Origin: a virus
DNA length: 64,000 bases
Virus record (IMG/VR): IMGVR_UViG_3300022689_000130
Coordinates: 80,665-144,664 of that record
Reading direction: 5' to 3' (one strand)
Below the pieces are notes generated by a model, which saw only the letters and a list, made by a program, of their open reading frames with translations, had not been told where the DNA came from and searched no databases. Below are positions 59,527 to 64,000 of the stretch, one piece after another. Each line of letters begins with the position of its first letter. Within the stretch, counting starts at the first letter, position 1. Made by a program: the position numbers and the translations under genes.

Positions 59527-60795
59527 ATGGGCCTTTGCGCAGTAGACGACAAAAACGAAAAACAATTGATGGTGATATGGGACCTTGGGCGCCGCTGCAC
59601 GTTCGCTTGCTCATACTGCCCACCACATAGAAAGAACAACTGGAGTGATACAGCTAGTTATGATGAACTGGTAAAGACTGCTGACGCACTAGAACGTTAC
59701 AGTGAAATTTACAACCGTCACCGTAACGAACCTTTCCGTGTTGCTGCTAGCTTTACCGGCGGCGAGCCTACAGTCAATCCGGCATTTTTTCGCTTCTTGG
59801 AATACTTACAAGAGAAATACCCACATTGGAAGCGAACTTTAACAACTAACGGTTTCTATTCAGATCGTAAGCTACAAACTGTGATGAAGAACACCAACTT
59901 TACCACAGTAAGTTATCATTGCGAAAGCACTGACACAAACAAAGCGCAAGTGCGCCGTAATCTTCAAACCATGCTTGATGCTGGATATGGATTCAAGATT
60001 AACATTATGTTCCACGAGCGTCCTGAATATTATCAAGAATGTATTGACCTTGCGCAATGGTGTGATGACAACGGTGTGATGTATACCCCGCGTGTTATTG
60101 GAGACCAGGGCGACATCAAGCAAGGTCTTAAAGACAAAACAGTGCACACCTATACTGAAGAGCAGGTAGCATGGATGAAGCGTTACTGGGATGCAAAGCG
60201 ATCAGGAGACACACGACCAGCTCACACCGCTAGTCAGAAGCCACGTGGAGCACAGGCCCCTGAGAGTGCAATGGCTATGGCAACCCAGCAGCCCAAGAAG
60301 GTGGTTGGTCAGAACATTGGCCGTCCGTGCTGCGGTGGCCGCCAGCTTGATCTCAAAGTTGACGATGAGTGGAGCGTGGGAAGCTTTGTGGAGAACAATA
60401 ACTTCCAGGGCTGGAGTTGTATGATCAACTGGTATTTTCTCTACATCCATCAAGAGATTGACAAGATTTGGCACCACCAGACTTGTCAGGTAAATATGGA
60501 CGGCAACGTAGGTCCTATCTGCAAAGTTAGCGAGTTTGACGAATATTGTGACCGGATAGATGCACAATTTGCCACTGGTGGCATACCTTTCATCCGTTGT
60601 CCCAAGACACATTGCGGTTGTGGTTTATGTGTGCCAAAAGCCAAGAACGACAACTTAGCGGAGTCTATCTTCCGCTATCATGCGCCAGGCGTCGAGCCAG
60701 AGTTTATGGAGCAACAGCAAAACGTAAACATGGGCGGCAGCCTCAAGGCCTTGGTATACAAATTTGATGAGGAAAACGGAAATGAAACTGTCTGA
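59527..60795 (+). CDS. Radical SAM protein 12 (C-terminal Cys domain)
   Basis: CTFACSYC, TGGEPT, FQGWSC..C...CGCGLC. Confidence 0.92.
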   Translation: MGLCAVDDKNEKQLMVIWDLGRRCTFACSYCPPHRKNNWSDTASYDELVKTADALERYSEIYNRHRNEPFRVAASFTGGEPTVNPAFFRFLEYLQEKYPHWKRTLTTNGFYSDRKLQTVMKNTNFTTVSYHCESTDTNKAQVRRNLQTMLDAGYGFKINIMFHERPEYYQECIDLAQWCDDNGVMYTPRVIGDQGDIKQGLKDKTVHTYTEEQVAWMKRYWDAKRSGDTRPAHTASQKPRGAQAPESAMAMATQQPKKVVGQNIGRPCCGGRQLDLKVDDEWSVGSFVENNNFQGWSCMINWYFLYIHQEIDKIWHHQTCQVNMDGNVGPICKVSEFDEYCDRIDAQFATGGIPFIRCPKTHCGCGLCVPKAKNDNLAESIFRYHAPGVEPEFMEQQQNVNMGGSLKALVYKFDEENGNETV

Positions 60796-61480
60796 TACTT
60801 ACGGACAAACAATTGATTTTGAAATCCCCGAGCAGCACACACGAATCGGTGTCAACTGTTCAGGTGGCGCAGATAGCGCCATTTTGCTTTATATAATAGC
60901 AGATTATCTCAAGCAGAACAATAGAACAGATGTCGAACTCAACGTGCTCAGTTGTGCAAACGATAAAAAGCATCGGTGGAACGTGCGCAAAGCAGCCGAT
61001 GTCATCAACTATACGATTGACAAACTAGATTGGAATCAATTTGGATGCCATTATGCATACTATCGTGATGTGCAAGCTGAAGAATATTTCCACGAGTTTG
61101 AAATGAAAATGTTTAAAGATGACAGAATATCATTCTTGATCAGCGGCGTGACTGCCACACCAAAAATTGATGCCGTTGTTGAAAACAGCAAGGGTGTAAT
61201 GGTTGATCTTCGTGAGCATGAAGATTGTCTTGGTAACCGCGATCCTAACAAACAGCGTCCTCTTTTGAATGTGTCTGGACATTTCTACACACCATTAACC
61301 AACGTTGATAAACGATTTGTTGCTGACATGTATGATCATTATGATGTGCGTGACATGTTCTATTTGACTCGTAGCTGTGAAGCTATTCCAGATGGCCGTT
61401 ATGATCCAGACTTTGAGCAACACCCTTGTGGTGAATGTTGGTGGTGTCTTGAACGCAAGTGGGCGTTTGGAGAGTTTTAA
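60782..61480 (+). CDS. PP-loop ATP pyrophosphatase, QueC-like
   Basis: SGGADS PP-loop, TRSCE, CGECWWC.ER; probable start ATG 60782. Confidence 0.75.
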   Translation: MKLSDTYGQTIDFEIPEQHTRIGVNCSGGADSAILLYIIADYLKQNNRTDVELNVLSCANDKKHRWNVRKAADVINYTIDKLDWNQFGCHYAYYRDVQAEEYFHEFEMKMFKDDRISFLISGVTATPKIDAVVENSKGVMVDLREHEDCLGNRDPNKQRPLLNVSGHFYTPLTNVDKRFVADMYDHYDVRDMFYLTRSCEAIPDGRYDPDFEQHPCGECWWCLERKWAFGEF

Positions 61481-62698
61481 GTGACTCGCTATGTGTGCAG
61501 TAAGATGTTTACAGATGTAAACATCAAGTTCCCCTATGAAACAGTCAAAAACTGTTGTAAGAGTAATGATTATCAGCTAACTCTTGAAGAAATGCAAGAG
61601 CTAGAACAACGTGGCGAAAACATCTTCACACACAATCGCGAATATGTACGACGCAAGCGCAGCATGTTATTTGACAATCGCTTGCCAGAAAACGGCTGCG
61701 ACACCTGCATACATGCCGAACCAAACAGTTTGTTTCGTAGTTGGAACAGGTGGGGCGACTGCAAAATTGATGCTGAAGAAATTTTAAAGAAAGACAACTT
61801 TAACGTCTATGAATTTGTATTGTCCAGCGCCTGTGATCTCAAATGTGTTTATTGTGCACCTAAGGATTCAACTAGCTGGGCTAAAGAACTCGGCGTACCT
61901 ATCAACCGCGGCCGTGACGAATGGAAAGAAACCGTAATACGTCATTTTATGCAACATTTACGTGAAAAAGAATACGATCCTAAACAAACGTATTGGTTCT
62001 TTTTCAGCGGTGGTGAACCCACATATAATCCTGAAACACTACCAATGATTGAAGAGATTATCAGTATCGTCCCACATGCTACGATCGTAATCAGTACAAA
62101 TGGTAATACCAAATCCAACGTATTGGAACGTTATTTGCAGGCCGTGCGCAGCAACCAAAAAACACAATGGGTCTTTGATTGTAGTGTTGACAGCATTGGA
62201 GACCGTGCTGAAGCCATTCGCTATGGCCTAGATTGGAAACGGTTCAATTACAATCTCAAAACCATTATGCGTGAATCCAATACTCGCGTTCGAATCAGCC
62301 CAACAGTAAATTTATATGCATTACCTACAATGTTGGAATTCGTTCAGCACTTTCATGATCTATTTCTAGAAATGAATCAATCAACTCAAGGGTTGTTCAA
62401 TTTTAACATGGTTCAAGAGTCACCTCTTAGCCCGTGGAGTGCCCCGCCACATTATGCTGAACTGTTAGAACCAGCAGTTGAGTATTGTGAGCAACATAAT
62501 ATTAAATTTGGCATACATTTGCGCAGTGTGCAACGATTGATTGGTAGCAAAATAAATGCTAAAACGTGGCAACAAGTAGAATCACAATGGCAATATTTTC
62601 AACGTATGCGTCCGGAAATAGACTGGGCCAGACTATTCCCGCACGTACCAGATATAATTGAGGAATTGAAAAATGAAGATCCTGATCTCAGGCAATAG
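61481..62698 (+). CDS. Radical SAM protein 13 (N-terminal Cys domain)
   Basis: C..NCC..CDTC, CDLKCVYC, SGGEPT. Confidence 0.9.
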   Translation: MTRYVCSKMFTDVNIKFPYETVKNCCKSNDYQLTLEEMQELEQRGENIFTHNREYVRRKRSMLFDNRLPENGCDTCIHAEPNSLFRSWNRWGDCKIDAEEILKKDNFNVYEFVLSSACDLKCVYCAPKDSTSWAKELGVPINRGRDEWKETVIRHFMQHLREKEYDPKQTYWFFFSGGEPTYNPETLPMIEEIISIVPHATIVISTNGNTKSNVLERYLQAVRSNQKTQWVFDCSVDSIGDRAEAIRYGLDWKRFNYNLKTIMRESNTRVRISPTVNLYALPTMLEFVQHFHDLFLEMNQSTQGLFNFNMVQESPLSPWSAPPHYAELLEPAVEYCEQHNIKFGIHLRSVQRLIGSKINAKTWQQVESQWQYFQRMRPEIDWARLFPHVPDIIEELKNEDPDLRQ

Positions 62699-63239
62699 TG
62701 AATACGGATTGAGCGCAGCCGTCGGCCGCAAGTTTCCAGGACAGGTTGAATTCGCCAGTCGTAGAACGGGATACGACCTAACGTCACATGATGGCAGACA
62801 AGCGTTCTCCGAGCTCTCTACGCAGGCTGATGTAGTCATTGTATGTGCAGCACTGTGGCAGTTTCAACAGACAGTGCTGCTAGACAGCGTGAGTAAGGCG
62901 TGCCGTGCAACAGGTGCGGCACCACACATTATTGTGGTAGGCAGCACAACAGACCGTGTCAAGGGCGGCAAAGCATGGCTTTACAACGCTGAGAAAAAAG
63001 CCCTACGTGACTACAGCAACACACTAGCTATAGGCGGGGTATGGGATAACAACTTGCCCAAAGTCAGTTATATAAGCTTTGGCACGTTGAGCAATAATCA
63101 AGAAAAGCATCCTGATCGACGATGTTTAGATATCGATGAGGCAGCAAAATATATTAAGTGGTTGATAGAGCAGCCAAAATGTGTTACGATAAATGAAATA
63201 AGCATCGATCCGATGCAAGGTGATATTTGGTATGAATGA
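62673..63239 (+). CDS. Short-chain dehydrogenase/reductase-like protein
   Basis: ILISG....GL Rossmann start, GS, YxxxK (YNAEK). Confidence 0.7.
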   Translation: MKILISGNSEYGLSAAVGRKFPGQVEFASRRTGYDLTSHDGRQAFSELSTQADVVIVCAALWQFQQTVLLDSVSKACRATGAAPHIIVVGSTTDRVKGGKAWLYNAEKKALRDYSNTLAIGGVWDNNLPKVSYISFGTLSNNQEKHPDRRCLDIDEAAKYIKWLIEQPKCVTINEISIDPMQGDIWYE

Positions 63240-64000
63240 TGATTTAAAATGGAGTGAATACGATTTCACAAAAATTCCATATGATGATTTAGTAAGTGTT
63301 GGGCAACGCACAATGCTCTATCGCGACATCTTTACCGTGAGCTGGTTACTAGGTCGCTTTTGTAATTATCGTTGCAGCTATTGCTGGCCCTATGCCCGCA
63401 GCAACACCAAGGACCATCGTCCAACCAAATTGTGTTTGAAAACTATTGACGAGATTAAGAGGCAAGCACGTGAAAACGGATTTAACTCATTCCATTTCAG
63501 TCTTTCTGGAGGAGAGCCGACATTCCATCCTGGCTACCTTGATATTCTCAGTCATCTTGCAGATGATGTCGCCAATACCAACTACACCAGCATACACAAA
63601 ACCAGCAACTGCTCTAGACCAATCCGCTGGTATGAGGACTTCGTTGAGCGCGCCAAGCCATTCCACCGCGCCAGCATTACTGCGAGCTTGCACACAGAGC
63701 ATGTTGACACACTAAAGAAGATGCAAGACTTTGCTGATAAGCTCGTCCTATGCCAAGAGCACGATGTTCAAGTGACTATCAACATGGTTATGGTTCCGGA
63801 ATGGTTTGAGCGCGACTGGGAGAACGCCTTGTTCTTCCACGAGCAAGGCATCAACGTAACACTCAAGCCGCAGAGCGATCCTACCGCTAGCCGTGTTGTT
63901 GATGGCTATACTGATGAGATGCTACAGCGTTTGTGGAATGGTATGCCGCAACGCGCTTATACAGAAATGAAACGCAAGTGGGAAGGCAGGCCTAAACCAG
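63232..64000 (+). CDS. Radical SAM protein 14 (partial, runs off the window)
   Basis: Open from ATG 63232 to the end; WLLGRFCNYRCSYC and SGGEPT; not in the ORF track. Confidence 0.9.
   Translation, partial: MNDDLKWSEYDFTKIPYDDLVSVGQRTMLYRDIFTVSWLLGRFCNYRCSYCWPYARSNTKDHRPTKLCLKTIDEIKRQARENGFNSFHFSLSGGEPTFHPGYLDILSHLADDVANTNYTSIHKTSNCSRPIRWYEDFVERAKPFHRASITASLHTEHVDTLKKMQDFADKLVLCQEHDVQVTINMVMVPEWFERDWENALFFHEQGINVTLKPQSDPTASRVVDGYTDEMLQRLWNGMPQRAYTEMKRKWEGRPKP

Larger units (their letters stand above)
1..64000. mobile_element. Segment of a large T4-related myovirus (jumbo-phage-like) genome
   Basis: gp46/gp47 next to a gp55-like sigma factor, a full contractile baseplate module, TAAATA late promoters, dense overlapping genes, no host housekeeping genes. 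Confidence 0.93.

Noticed and set aside
319-63715. Numerous short ORFs antisense to or nested in long genes (e.g. 13470-13967, 26538-27035, 63446-63715)
   Set aside because: Shadow frames of well-supported genes; 63446-63715 lies inside the partial rSAM gene
59527-64000. 7-deazaguanine DNA modification pathway (QueC plus a QueE-like rSAM)
   Set aside because: No QueD, FolE or DpdA seen, and the neighbouring rSAMs are larger than QueE with extra Cys domains; cannot be excluded genome-wide
34785-64000. Classical RiPP cluster
   Set aside because: No leader/core precursor, RRE/PqqD domain, protease or exporter recognised; glycosyltransferases and glycan-type tailoring enzymes dominate
1-64000. 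CRISPR array, tRNA, rRNA, intein or homing endonuclease
   Set aside because: No spaced repeats, cloverleaf, or intein/HNH/GIY-YIG/LAGLIDADG motifs noticed by eye; tRNAscan-SE and profile searches would be needed to exclude them

Overview
This 64 kb window is a segment of a large, T4-related myovirus (jumbo-phage-like) genome. No host genes, tRNAs or CRISPR arrays were seen. It has four blocks. (1) 1-296 is non-coding but folds on the minus strand into several stems plus a pseudoknot, a candidate large ncRNA running off the window edge. (2) 297-5300 (minus) holds a Holliday-junction-resolvase-like nuclease, gp46/gp47 (Rad50/Mre11-like) and a gp55-like late sigma factor. (3) 5423-30689 (plus) is the baseplate/tail module: gp53-, hub-, gp5-, gp25- and gp6-like genes, a 3582-aa structural protein and fibre proteins, driven by TAAATA late promoters. 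(4) 30761-64000 is an almost uninterrupted enzyme array of more than 33 kb, directly after the tail fibres. It contains 14 radical SAM proteins (one cut by the window edge) plus a fragment, five glycosyltransferase-like proteins, a NodU/CmcH-type carbamoyltransferase (plus a fragment), two sulfotransferases, three SGNH-like proteins, two methyltransferases, a 2OG-Fe(II) oxygenase, a PP-loop QueC-like protein and an SDR. Block 4 is the best candidate for an undescribed system: most plausibly a phage pathway that builds and decorates a glycan or other modification on the virion. All product calls come from motifs read by eye; no database searches were run.
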